Shown: positions 20,801-35,800 of the stretch, one piece after another
How the letters are laid out: each line of letters begins with the position of its first letter
Numbering within the stretch: position 1 is the first letter of the stretch
Source of the DNA: Eledone cirrhosa
Taxonomy: Eukaryota
Length of the DNA stretch: 64,000 nt
Direction of reading: 5' to 3'
Assembly (NCBI GenBank): GCA_964016885.1
Contig: OZ024752.1
Coordinates: 18,290,001 to 18,354,000 of the forward strand
Program-made: the position numbers and the translations under genes
The notes under the pieces: model-generated
The model's input: the letters and a program-made list of their open reading frames with translations, nothing else
What the model was told of the DNA's origin: nothing
The model's database searches: none

Positions 20801-23800
20801 CAAGGATAGCCATAGTTAGCTGTATCACAACATATAACAAAGATAGCCATAGTTAGCTGTATCACAACATATAACAAAGATAGCCATAGTTATCTGTATC
20901 ACAACATATAGCAAGGATAGCCATAGTTAGCTGTATCACAACATATAACAAAGATAACTGTGGTTAGCTGTATCACAACATATAACAAAGATAGCTGTGG
21001 TTAGCTGTATCACAACACATAACAAAGATAGCTGTGGTTAGCTGTATCACAACATATAGCAAAGATAGCCGTAGTTAGCTGTATCACAACATATAACAAA
21101 GATAGCTGTGGTTAGCTGTATCACAACATATAACAAAGATAGCCATAGTTAGCTGTATCACAACATATAGCAGAGATAGCTGTGGTTAGCTGTATCACAA
21201 CATATAACAAAGATAGCTGTGGTTAGCTGTATCACAACATATAACAAAGATAGCTGTGGTTAGCTGTATCACAACATATAGCAAAGATAGCCGTAGTTAG
21301 CTGTATCACAACATATAACAAAGATAGCTATGGTTAGCTGTATCGCAACATATAGCAAAGATAGCCATAGTTAGCTGTATCACAACATATAACAAAGATA
21401 GCTGTTGTTAGCTGTATCACAACATATAACAAAGATAGCTGTGGTTAGCTGTATCACAACATATAGCAAAGATAGCCATAGTTAGCTGTATCACAACATA
21501 TAACAAAGATAGCTGTTGTTAGCTGTATCACAACATATAACAAAGATAGCTGTGGTTAGCTGTATCACAACATATAGCAAAGATAGCCATAGTTAGCTGT
21601 ATCACAACATATAACAAAGATAGCTGTGGTTAGCTGTATCACAACATACAGCAAAGATAGCCATAGTTAGCTGTATCACAACATATAACAAAGATAGCCA
21701 TAGTTAGCTGTATCACAACATATAGCAAGGATAGCCATAGTTAGCTGTATCACAACATATAGCAAAGATAGCTGTGGTTAGCTGTATCACAACATATAAC
21801 AAAGATAGCCATAGTTAGCTGTATCACAACATATATCAAAGATAGCTGTGGTTAGCTGTATCACAACATATAGCAAAGATAGCTGTGGTTAGCTGTATCA
21901 CAACATATAACAAAGATAGCTGTGGTTAGCTGTATCACAACATATAACAAAGATAGCTGTGGTTAGCTGTATCACAACATATAACAAAGATAGCCATAGT
22001 TAGCTGTATCACAACATATAGCAAAGATAGCTGTGGTTAGCTGTATCACAACATATAACAAAGATAGCCATAGTTAGCTGTATCACAACATATAACAAAG
22101 ATAGCTGTGGTTAGCTGTATCACAACATATAACAAAGATAGCTGTGGTTAGCTGTATCACAACATATAACAAAGATAGCCATAGTTAGCTGTATCACAAC
22201 ATATAACAAAGATAGCCATAGTTAGCTGTATCACAACATATAGCAAAGTTAGCTGTGGTTAGCTGTATCACAACATATAGCAAAGATAGCCATAGTTAGC
22301 TGTATCACAACATATAACAAAGATAGCCATAGTTAGCTGTATCACAACATATAGCAAAGATAGCTGTGGTTAGCTGTATCACAACATATAGCAAAGATAG
22401 CCATAGTTAGCTGTATCACAACATATAACAAAGATAGCCATAGTTAGCTGTATCACAACATATAACAAAGATAGCTGTGGTTAGCTGTATCACAACATAT
22501 AGCAAAGATAGCCATAGTTAGCTGTATCACAACATATAACAAAGATAGCCATAGTTAGCTGTATCACAACATATAACAAAGATAGCTGTGGTTAGCTGTA
22601 TCACAACATATAGCAAAGATAGCCATAGTTAGCTGTATCACAACATATAACAAAGATAGCTGTGGTTAGCTGTATCACAAAATATAGCAAAGATAGCCAT
22701 AGTTAGCTGTATCACAACATATAACAAAGATAGCTGTGGTTAGCTGTATCACAACATATAACAAAGATAGCCATAGTTAGCTGTATCACAACATATAACA
22801 AAGATAGCTATAGTTAGCTGTATCACAACATATAGCAAAGATAGCTGTGGTTAGCTGTATCACAACATATAGCAAGGATAGCCATAGTTAGCTGTATCAC
22901 AACATATAACAAAGATAGCCATAGTTAGCTGTATCACAACATATAACAAAGATAGCCATAGTTATCTGTATCACAACATATAGCAAGGATAGCCATAGTT
23001 AGCTGTATCACAACATATAACAAAGATAACTGTGGTTAGCTGTATCACAACATATAACAAAGATAGCTGTGGTTAGCTGTATCACAACACATAACAAAGA
23101 TAGCTGTGGTTAGCTGTATCACAACATATAGCAAAGATAGCCGTAGTTAGCTGTATCACAACATATAACAAAGATAGCTGTGGTTAGCTGTATCACAACA
23201 TATAACAAAGATAGCCATAGTTAGCTGTATCACAACATATAGCAGAGATAGCTGTGGTTAGCTGTATCACAACATATAACAAAGATAGCTGTGGTTAGCT
23301 GTATCACAACATATAACAAAGATAGCTGTGGTTAGCTGTATCACAACATATAGCAAAGATAGCCGTAGTTAGCTGTATCACAACATATAACAAAGATAGC
23401 TATGGTTAGCTGTATCGCAACATATAGCAAAGATAGCCATAGTTAGCTGTATCACAACATATAACAAAGATAGCTGTTGTTAGCTGTATCACAACATATA
23501 ACAAAGATAGCTGTGGTTAGCTGTATCACAACATATAGCAAAGATAGCCATAGTTAGCTGTATCACAACATATAGCAAAGATAGACATAGTTAGCTGTAT
23601 CACAACATATAACAAAGATAGCTGTTGTTAGCTGTATCACAACATATAACAAAGATAGCTGTGGTTAGCTGTATCACAACATATAGCAAAGATAGCCATA
23701 GTTAGCTGTATCACAACATATAACAAAGATAGCTGTGGTTAGCTGTATCACAACATACAGCAAAGATAGCCATAGTTAGCTGTATCACAACATATAACAA

Positions 23801-26800
23801 AGATAGCCATAGTTAGCTGTATCACAACATATAGCAAGGATAGCCATAGTTAGCTGTATCACAACATATAACAAAGATAGCTGTAGTTAGCTGAATCACA
23901 ACATATAACAAAGATAACTGTGGTTAGCTGTATCACAACATATAACAAAGATAGCCATAGTTAGCTGTATCACAACATATAGCAAGGATAGCCATAGTTA
24001 GCTGTATCACAACATATAACAAAGATAGCTGTGGTTAGCTGTCTCACAACATATAGCAAGGATAGCCATAGTTAGCTGTATCACAACATATAACAAAGAT
24101 AGCTGTGGTTAGCTGTATCACAACATATAACAAAGATAGCTGTGGTTAGCTGTATCACAACATATAGCAAAGATAGCTGTGGTTAGCTGTATCACAACAT
24201 ATAGCAAGGATAGCCATAGTTAGCTGTATCACAACATATAACAAAGATAGCTGTGGTTAGCTATCTCACAACATATAGCAAGGATAGCCATAGTTAGCTG
24301 TATCACAACATATAACAAAGATAGCTGTGGTTAGCTGTATCACAACATATAACAAAGATAGCTGTGGTTAGCTGTATCACAACATATAGCAAAGATAGCT
24401 GTGGTTAGCTGTCTCACAACATATAGCAAGGATAGCCATAGTTAGCTGTATCACAACATATAACAAAGATAGCTGTTGTTAGCTGTATCACAACATATAA
24501 CAAAGATAGCTGTGGTTAGCTGTATCACAACATATAGCAAGGATAGCCATAGTTAGCTGTATCACAACATATAACAAAGATAGCCATAGTTAGCTGTATC
24601 ACAACATATAACAAAGATAGCTGTGGTTAGCTGTATCACAACATATAGCAAAGATAGCTGTGGTTAGCTGTATCACAACATATAACAAAGATAGCCATAG
24701 TTAGCTGTATCACAACATATAGCAAAGATAGCTGTGGTTAGCTGTATCACAACATATAACAAAGATAGCTGTGGTTAACTGTATCACAACATATAACAAA
24801 TATAGCCATAGTTAGCTGTATCACAACATATAGCAAAGATAGCCATAGTTAGCTGTATCACAACATATAGCAAAGATAGCCATAGTTAGCTGTATCACAA
24901 CATATAGCAAAGATAGCTGTGGTTAGCTGTATCACAACATATAACAAAGATAGCCATAGTTAGCTGTATCACAACATATATCAAAGATAGCTGTGGTTAG
25001 CTGTATCACAACATATAGCAAAGATAGCTGTGGTTAGCTGTATCACAACATATAACAAAGATAGCTGTGGTTAGCTGTATCACAACATATAACAAAGATA
25101 GCTGTGGTTAGCTGTATCACAACATATAACAAAGATAGCTGTGGTTAGCTGTATCACAACATATAACAAAGATAGCTGTGGTTAGCTGTATCACAACATA
25201 TAACAAAGATAGCCATAGTTAGCTGTATCACAACATATAACAAAGATAGCCATAGTTAGCTGTATCACAACATATAGCAAAGTTAGCTGTGGTTAGCTGT
25301 ATCACAACATATAGCAAAGATAGCCATAGTTAGCTGTATCACAACATATAACAAAGATAGCCATAGTTAGCTGTATCACAACATATAGCAAAGATAGCTG
25401 TGGTTAGCTGTATCACAACATATAACAAAGATAGCCATAGTTAGCTGTATCACAACATATATCAAAGATAGCTGTGGTTAGCTGTATCACAACATATAGC
25501 AAAGATAGCTGTGGTTAGCTGTATCACAACATATAACAAAGATAGCTGTGGTTAGCTGTATCACAACATATAACAAAGATAGCTGTGGTTAGCTGTATCA
25601 CAACATATAACAAAGATAGCCATAGTTAGCTGTATCACAACATATAGCAAAGATAGCTGTGGTTAGCTGTATCACAACATATAACAAAGATAGCCATAGT
25701 TAGCTGTATCACAACATATAACAAAGATAGCTGTGGTTAGCTGTATCACAACATATAACAAAGATAGCTGTGGTTAGCTGTATCACAACATATATCAAAG
25801 ATAGCCATAGTTAGCTGTATCACAACATATAACAAAGATAGCCATAGTTAGCTGTATCACAACATATAGCAAAGTTAGCTGTGGTTAGCTGTATCACAAC
25901 ATATAGCAAAGATAGCCATAGTTAGCTGTATCACAACATATAACAAAGATAGCCATAGTTAGCTGTATCACAACATATAGCAAAGATAGCTGTGGTTAGC
26001 TGTATCACAACATATAGCAAAGATAGCCATAGTTAGCTGTATCACAACATATAACAAAGATAGCCATAGTTAGCTGTATCACAACATATAACAAAGATAG
26101 CTGTGGTTAGCTGTATCACAACATATAGCAAAGATAGCCATAGTTAGCTGTATCACAACATATAACAAAGATAGCCATAGTTAGCTGTATCACAACATAT
26201 AACAAAGATAGCTGTGGTTAGCTGTATCACAACATATAGCAAAGATAGCCATAGTTAGCTGTATCACAACATATAACAAAGATAGCTGTGGTTAGCTGTA
26301 TCACAACATATAGCAAAGATAGCCATAGTTAGCTGTATCACAACATATAACAAAGATAGCTGTGGTTAGCTGTATCACAACATATAACAAAGATAGCCAT
26401 AGTTAGCTGTATCACAACATATAACAAAGATAGCTATAGTTAGCTGTATCACAACATATAGCAAAGATAGCTGTGGTTAGCTGTATCACAACATATAGCA
26501 AGGATAGCCATAGTTAGCTGTATCACAACATATAACAAAGATAGCCATAGTTAGCTGTATCACAACATATAACAAAGATAGCCATAGTTATCTGTATCAC
26601 AACATATAGCAAGGATAGCCATAGTTAGCTGTATCACAACATATAACAAAGATAACTGTGGTTAGCTGTATCACAACATATAACAAAGATAGCTGTGGTT
26701 AGCTGTATCACAACACATAACAAAGATAGCTGTGGTTAGCTGTATCACAACATATAGCAAAGATAGCCGTAGTTAGCTGTATCACAACATATAACAAAGA

Positions 26801-29800
26801 TAGCTGTGGTTAGCTGTATCACAACATATAACAAAGATAGCCATAGTTAGCTGTATCACAACATATAGCAGAGATAGCTGTGGTTAGCTGTATCACAACA
26901 TGTAACAAAGATAGCTGTGGTTAGCTGTATCACAACATATAACAAAGATAGCTGTGGTTAGCTGTATCACAACATATAGCAAAGATAGCCGTAGTTAGCT
27001 GTATCACAACATATAACAAAGATAGCTATGGTTAGCTGTATCGCAACATATAGCAAAGATAGCCATAGTTAGCTGTATCACAACATATAACAAAGATAGC
27101 TGTTGTTAGCTGTATCACAACATATAACAAAGATAGCTGTGGTTAGCTGTATCACAACATATAGCAAAGATAGCCATAGTTAGCTGTATCACAACATATA
27201 GCAAAGATAGCCATAGTTAGCTGTATCACAACATATAACAAAGATAGCTGTTGTTAGCTGTATCACAACATATAACAAAGATAGCTGTGGTTAGCTGTAT
27301 CACAACATATAGCAAAGATAGCCATAGTTAGCTGTATCACAACATATAACAAAGATAGCTGTGGTTAGCTGTATCACAACATACAGCAAAGATAGCCATA
27401 GTTAGCTGTATCACAACATATAACAAAGATAGCCATAGTTAGCTGTATCACAACATATAGCAAGGATAGCCATAGTTAGCTGTATCACAACATATAACAA
27501 AGATAGCTGTAGTTAGCTGAATCACAACATATAACAAAGATAACTGTGGTTAGCTGTATCACAACATATAACAAAGATAGCCATAGTTAGCTGTATCACA
27601 ATATATACCAAGGATAGCTGTAGTTAGCTGAATCACAACATATAACAAAGATAGCTGTGGTTAGCTGTATCACAACATATAGCAAGGATAGCCATAGTTA
27701 GCTGTATCACAACATATAACAAAGATAGCTGTGGTTAGCTGTCTCACAACATATAGCAAGGATAGCCATAGTTAGCTGTATCACAACATATAACAAAGAT
27801 AGCTGTGGTTAGCTGTATCACAACATATAACAAAGATAGCTGTGGTTAGCTGTATCACAACATATAGCAAAGATAGCTGTGGTTAGCTGTATCACAACAT
27901 ATAGCAAGGATAGCCATAGTTAGCTGTATCACAACATATAACAAAGATAGCTGTGGTTAGCTATCTCACAACATATAGCAAGGATAGCCATAGTTAGCTG
28001 TATCACAACATATAACAAAGATAGCTGTGGTTAGCTGTATCACAACATATAACAAAGATAGCTGTGGTTAGCTGTATCACAACATATAGCAAAGATAGCT
28101 GTGGTTAGCTGTCTCACAACATATAGCAAGGATAGCCATAGTTAGCTGTATCACAACATATAACAAAGATAGCTGTTGTTAGCTGTATCACAACATATAA
28201 CAAAGATAGCTGTGGTTAGCTGTATCACAACATATAGCAAGGATAGCCATAGTTAGCTGTATCACAACATATAACAAAGATAGCCATAGTTAGCTGTATC
28301 ACAACATATAACAAAGATAGCTGTGGTTAGCTGTATCACAACATATAGCAAAGATAGCTGTGGTTAGCTTTATCACAACATATAACAAAGATAGCCATAG
28401 TTAGCTGTATCACAACATATAGCAAAGATAGCTGTGGTTAGCTGTATCACAACATATAACAAAGATAGCTGTGGTTAACTGTATCACAACATATAACAAA
28501 TATAGCCATAGTTAGCTGTATCACAACATATAGCAAAGATAGCCATAGTTAGCTGCATCACAACATATAACAAATATAGCCATAGTTAGCTATATCACAA
28601 CATATAGCAAAGATAGCCATAGTTAGCTGTATCACAACATATAACAAAGAATACTGTGGTTAACTGTATCACAACATATAGCAAAGATAGCCAGAGTTAG
28701 CTGTATCACAACATATAACAAAGATTGCTGTGGTTAGCTGTATCACAACATATAGCAAAGATAGCCATAGTTAGCTGTATCACAACATATAACAAAGATT
28801 GCTGTGGTTAGCTGTATCACAACATATAGCAAAGATAGCCATAGTTAGCTGTATCACAACATATAACAAAGATAGCCATAGTTAGCTGTATCACAACATA
28901 TAGCAAAGATAGCTGTGGTTAGCTGTATCACAACATATAACAAAGATAGCCATAGTTAGCTGTATCACAACATATATCAAAGATAGCTGTGGTTAGCTGT
29001 ATCACAACATATAGCAAAGATAGCTGTGGTTAGCTGTATCACAACATATAACAAAGATAGCTGTGGTTAGCTGTATCACAACATATAACAAAGATAGCTG
29101 TGGTTAGCTGTATCACAACATATAACAAAGATAGCCATAGTTAGCTGTATCACAACATATAGCAAAGATAGCTGTGGTTAGCTGTATCACAAAATATAAC
29201 AAAGATAGCCATAGTTAGCTGTATCACAACATATAACAAAGATAGCTGTGGTTAGCTGTATCACAACATATAACAAAGATAGCTGTGGTTAGCTGTATCA
29301 CAACATATAACAAAGATAGCTGTGGTTAGCTGTATCACAACATATAACAAAGATAGCTGTGGTTAGCTGTATCACAACATATAACAAAGATAGCCATAGT
29401 TAGCTGTATCACAACATATAACAAAGATAGCCATAGTTAGCTGTATCACAACATATAGCAAAGTTAGCTGTGGTTAGCTGTATCACAACATATAGCAAAG
29501 ATAGCCATAGTTAGCTGTATCACAACATATAACAAAGATAGCCATAGTTAGCTGTATCACAACATATAGCAAAGATAGCCATAGTTAGCTGTATCACAAC
29601 ATATAACAAAGATAGCCATAGTTAGCTGTACCACAACATATAACAAAGATTGCTGTGGTTAGCTGTATCACAACATATAGCAAAGATAGCCATAGTTAGC
29701 TGTATCACAACATATAACAAAGATAGCTGTGGTTAGCTGTATCACAACATATAGCAAAGATAGCCATAGTTAGCTGTATCACAACATATAACAAATATAG

Positions 29801-32800
29801 CTGTGGTTAGCTGTATCACAACATATAACAAAGATAGCTGTGGTTAGCTGTATCACAACATATAACAAAGATAGCCATAGTTAGCTGTATCACAACATAT
29901 AACAAATATAGCTGTGGTTAGCTGTATCACAACATATAACAAAGATAGCTGTGGTTAGCTGTATCACAACATATAGCAAAGATAGCCATAGTTAGCTGTA
30001 TCACAACATATAACAAATATAGCTGTGGTTAGCTGTATCACAACATATAACAAAGATAGCTGTGGTTAGCTGTATCACAACATATAGCAAGGATAGCCAT
30101 AGTTAGCTGTATCACAACATATAACAAAGATAACTGTGGTTAGCTGTATCACAACATATAACAAAGATAGCTGTGGTTAGCTGTATCACAACACATAACA
30201 AAGATAGCTGTGGTTAGCTGTATCACAACATATAGCAAAGATAGCCGTAGTTAGCTGTATCACAACATATAACAAAGATAGCTGTGGTTAGCTGTATCAC
30301 AACATATAACAAAGATAGCCATAGTTAGCTGTATCACAACATATAGCAGAGATAGCTGTGGTTAGCTGTATCACAACATATAACAAAGATAGCTGTGGTT
30401 AGCTGTATCACAACATATAACAAAGATAGCTGTGGTTAGCTGTATCACAACATATAGCAAAGATAGCCATAGTTAGCTGTATCACAACATATAGCAAAGA
30501 TAGCTGTGGTTAGCTGTATCACAACATATATCAAAGATAGCTGTGGTTAGCTGTATCACAACATATAGCAAATATAGCCATAGTTAGCTGTATCACAACA
30601 TATAGCAAAGATAGCCATAGTTAGCTGTATCACAACATATAACAAAGATAGCTGTTGTTAGCTGTATCACAACATATAACAAAGATAGCTGTGGTTAGCT
30701 GTATCACAACATATAGCAAATATAGCCATAGTTAGCTGTATCACAACATATAGCAAAGATAGCCATAGTTAGCTGTATCACAACATATAACAAAGATAGC
30801 TGTGGTTAGCTGTATCACAACATATAGCAAAGATAGCCATAGTTAGCTGTATCACAACATATAACAAAGATAGCTGTGGTTAGCTGTATCACAACATACA
30901 GCAAAGATAGCCATAGTTAGCTGTATCACAACATATAGCAAGGATAGCCATAGTGAGCTGCATCACAACATATAGCAAAGATAGCTGTGGTTAGCTGTAT
31001 CACAACATATAGCAAAGATAGCCATAGTTAGCTGTATCACAACATATAGCAAAGATAGCCATAGTTAGCTGTATCACAACATATAACAAAGATAGCTGTG
31101 GTTAGCTGTATCACAACATATAACAAAGATAGCTGTGGTTAGCTGTATCACAACATATAACAAAGATAGCTGTGGTTAGCTGTATCACAACATATAACAA
31201 AGATAGCTGTGGTTAGCTGTATCACAACATATAACAAAGATAGCCATAGTTAGCTGTATCACAACATATAGCAAGGATAGCCATAGTTAGCCGTATCACA
31301 ACATATAACAAAGATAGCTGTAGTTAGCTGAATCACAACATATAACAAAGATAACTGTGGTTAGCTGTATCACAACATATAACAAAGATAGCCATAGTTA
31401 GCTGTATCACAATATATACCAAGGATAGCTGTAGTTAGCTGAATCACAACATATAACAAAGATAGCTGTGGTTAGCTGTCTCACAACATATAGCGAGGAT
31501 AGCCATAGTTAGCTGTATCACAACATATAACAAAGATAGCTGTGGTTAGCTGTATCACAACATATAACAAAGATAGCTGTGGTTAGCTGTATCACAACAT
31601 ATAGCAAAGATAGCTGTGGTTAGCTGTATCACAACATATAGCAAGGATAGCCATAGTTAGCTGTATCACAACATATAACAAAGATAGCTGTGGTTAGCTG
31701 TCTCACAACATATAGCAAGGATAGCCATAGTTAGCTGTATCACAACATATAACAAAGATAGCTGTGGTTAGCTGTATCACAACATATAACAAAGATAGCT
31801 GTGGTTAGCTGTATCACAACATATAGCAAAGATAGCTGTGGTTAGCTGTCTCACAACATATAGCAAGGATAGCCATAGTTAGCTGTATCACAACATATAA
31901 CAAAGATAGCTGTTGTTAGCTGTATCACAACATATAACAAAGATAGCTGTGGTTAGCTGTATCACAACATATAGCAAGGATAGCCATAGTTAGCTGTATC
32001 ACAACATATAACAAAGATAGCCATAGTTAGCTGTATCACAACATATAACAAAGATAGCTGTGGTTAGCTGTATCACAACATATAGCAAAGATAGCTGTGG
32101 TTAGCTGTATCACAACATATAACAAAGATAGCTGTGGTTAACTGTATCACAACATATAACAAATATAGCCATAGTTAGCTGTATCACAACATATAGCAAA
32201 GATAGCCATAGTTAGCTGCATCACAACATATAACAAATATAGCCATAGTTAGCTATATCACAACATATAGCAAAGATAGCCATAGTTAGCTGTATCACAA
32301 CATATAACAAAGATAGCTGTTGTTAGCTGTATCACAACATATAACAAAGATAGCTGTGGTTAGCTGTATCACAACATATAGCAAATATAGCCATAGTTAG
32401 CTGTATCACAACATATAGCAAAGATAGCCATAGTTAGCTGTACCACAACATATAACAAAGATAGCTGTTGTTAGCTGTATCACAACATATAACAGGGATA
32501 GCTGTGGTTAGCTGTATCACAACATATAGCAAAGATAGCCATAGTTAGCTGTATCACAACATATAATAAAGATAGTTGTGGTTAGCTGTATCACAACATA
32601 TAACAAAGATAGCTGTGGTTAGCTGTATCACAACATATAGCAAAGATAGCCATAGTTAGCTGTATCACAACATATAACAAAGATAGTTGTGGTTAGCTGT
32701 ATCACAACATACAGCAAAGATAGCCATAGTTAGCTGTATCACAACATATAACAAAGATAGCTGTTGTTAGCTGTATCACAACATATAACAAAGATAGCTG

Positions 32801-35800
32801 TGGTTAGCTGTATCACAACATATAGCAAAGATAGCCATAGTTAGCTGTATCACAACATATAACAAAGATAGCTGTTGTTAGCTGTATCACAACATATAAC
32901 AAAGATAGCTGTGGTTAGCTGTATCACAACATATAGCAAAGATAGCCATAGTTAGCTGTATCACAACATATAACAAAGATAGTTGTGGTTAGCTGTATCA
33001 CAACATACAGCAAAGATAGCCATAGTTAGCTGTATCACAACATATAGCAAGGATAGCCATAGTGAGCTGCATCACAACATATAGCAAAGATAGCTGTGGT
33101 TAGCTGTATCACAACATATAGCAAAGATAGCCATAGTTAGCTGTATCACAACATATAGCAAAGATAGCCATAGTTAGCTGTATCACAACATATAACAAAG
33201 ATAGCTGTGGTTAGCTGTATCACAACATATAACAAAGATAGCTGTGGTTTGCTGTATCACAACATATAACAAAGATAGCTGTGGTTAGCTGTATCACAAC
33301 ATATAACAAAGATAGCTGTGGTTAGCTGTATCACAACATATAACAAAGATAGCTGTGGTTAGCTGTATCACAACATATAGCAAAGATAGCCATAGTTAGC
33401 TGTATCACAACATATAACAAAGATAGTTGTGGTTAGCTGTATCACAACATACAGCAAAGATAGCCATAGTTAGCTGTATCACAACATATAGCAAGGATAG
33501 CCATAGTGAGCTGCATCACAACATATAGCAAAGATAGCTGTGGTTAGCTGTATCACAACATATAGCAAAGATAGCCATAGTTAGCTGTATCACAACATAT
33601 AGCAAAGATAGCCATAGTTAGCTGTATCACAACATATAACAAAGATAGCCATAGTTAGCTGTATCACAACATATAGCAAGGATAGCCATAGTTAGCTGTA
33701 TCACAACATAACAAAGATAGCTGTAGTTAGCTGAATCACAACATATAACAAAGATAACTGTGGTTAGCTGTATCACAACATATAACAAAGATAGCCATAG
33801 TTAGCTGTATCACAATATATACCAAGGATAGCTGTAGTTAGCTGAATCACAACATATAACAAAGATAGCTGTGGTTAGCTGTATCACAACATATAGCAAG
33901 GATAGCCATAGTTAGCTGTATCACAACATATAACAAAGATAGCTGTGGTTAGCTGTCTCACAACATATAGCAAGGATAGCCATAGTTAGCTGTATCACAA
34001 CATATAACAAAGATAGCTGTGGTTAGCTGTATCACAACATATAACAAAGATAGCTGTGGTTAGCTGTATCACAACATATAGCAAAGATAGCTGTGGTTAG
34101 CTGTATCACAACATATAGCAAGGATAGCCATAGTTAGCTGTATCACAACATATAACAAAGATAGCTGTGGTTAGCTGTCTCACAACATATAGCAAGGATA
34201 GCCATAGTTAGCTGTATCACAACATATAACAAAGATAGCTGTGGTTAGCTGTATCACAACATATAACAAAGATAGCTGTGGTTAGCTGTATCACAACATA
34301 TAGCAAAGATAGCTGTGGTTAGCTGTCTCACAACATATAGCAAGGATAGCCATAGTTAGCTGTATCACAACATATAACAAAGATAGCTGTTGTTAGCTGT
34401 ATCACAACATATAACAAAGATAGCTGTGGTTAGCTGTATCACAACATATAGCAAGGATAGCCATAGTTAGCTGTATCACAACATATAACAAAGATAGCCA
34501 TAGTTAGCTGTATCACAACATATAACAAAGATAGCTGTGGTTAGCTGTATCACAACATATAGCAAAGATAGCTGTGGTTAGCTGTATCACAACATATAAC
34601 AAAGATAGCCATAGTTAGCTGTATCACAACATATAGCAAAGATAGCTGTGGTTAGCTGTATCACAACATATAACAAAGATAGCTGTGGTTAACTGTATCA
34701 CAACATATAACAAATATAGCCATAGTTAGCTGTATCACAACATATAGCAAAGATAGCCATAGTTAGCTGTATCACAACATATAACAAAGATAGCTGTGGT
34801 TAACTGTATCACAACATATAGCAAAGATAGCCATAGTTAGCTGTATCACAACATATAACAAAGATTGCTGTGGTTAGCTGTATCACAACATATAGCAAAG
34901 ATAGCCATAGTTAGCTGTATCACAACATATAACAAAGATTGCTGTGGTTAGCTGTATCACAACATATAGCAAAGATAGCCATAGTTAGCTGTATCACAAC
35001 ATATAACAAAGATAGCTGTGGTTAGCTGTATCACAACATATAACAAAGATAGCTGTGGTTTGCTGTATCACAACATATAGCAAAGATAGCCATAGTTAGC
35101 TGTATCACAACATATAACAAAGATTGCTGTGGTTAGCTGTATCACAACATATAACAAAGATAGCTGTGGTTAGCTGTATCACAACATATAACAACGATAG
35201 CTGTGGTTAGCTGTATCACAACATTTAGCAAAGATAGCCATAGTTAGATGTATCACAACATATAGCAAAGATAGCTGTGGTTAGCTCTCTCACAACATAT
35301 AACAAAGATAGCTGTGGTTAGCTGTATCACAACATATAGCAAGGATAGCCATAGTTAACTGTATCACAACATATAACAAAGATAGCTGTGGTTAGCTGTA
35401 TCACAACATATAACAAAGATAGCTGTGGTTAGCTGTATCACAACATATAACAAAGATGGCTGTGGTTAGCTGTATCACAACATATAACAAAGATAGGTGT
35501 GGTTAGCTGTATCACAACATATAACAAAGATAGCTGTGGTTAGCTGTATCACAACATATAACAAAGATAGCTGTGGTTAGCTGTATCACAACATATAGCA
35601 AAGATAGTCATAGTTAGCTGTATCACAACATATAACAAAGATAGCCATAGTTAGCTGTATCACAACATATAACAAAGATAGCTGTGGTTAACTGTATCAC
35701 AACATATAGCAAAGATAGCCATAGTTAGCTGTATCACAACATATAACAAAGATAGCTGTAGTTAGCTGTATCACAACATATAGCAAGGATAGCCATAGTT

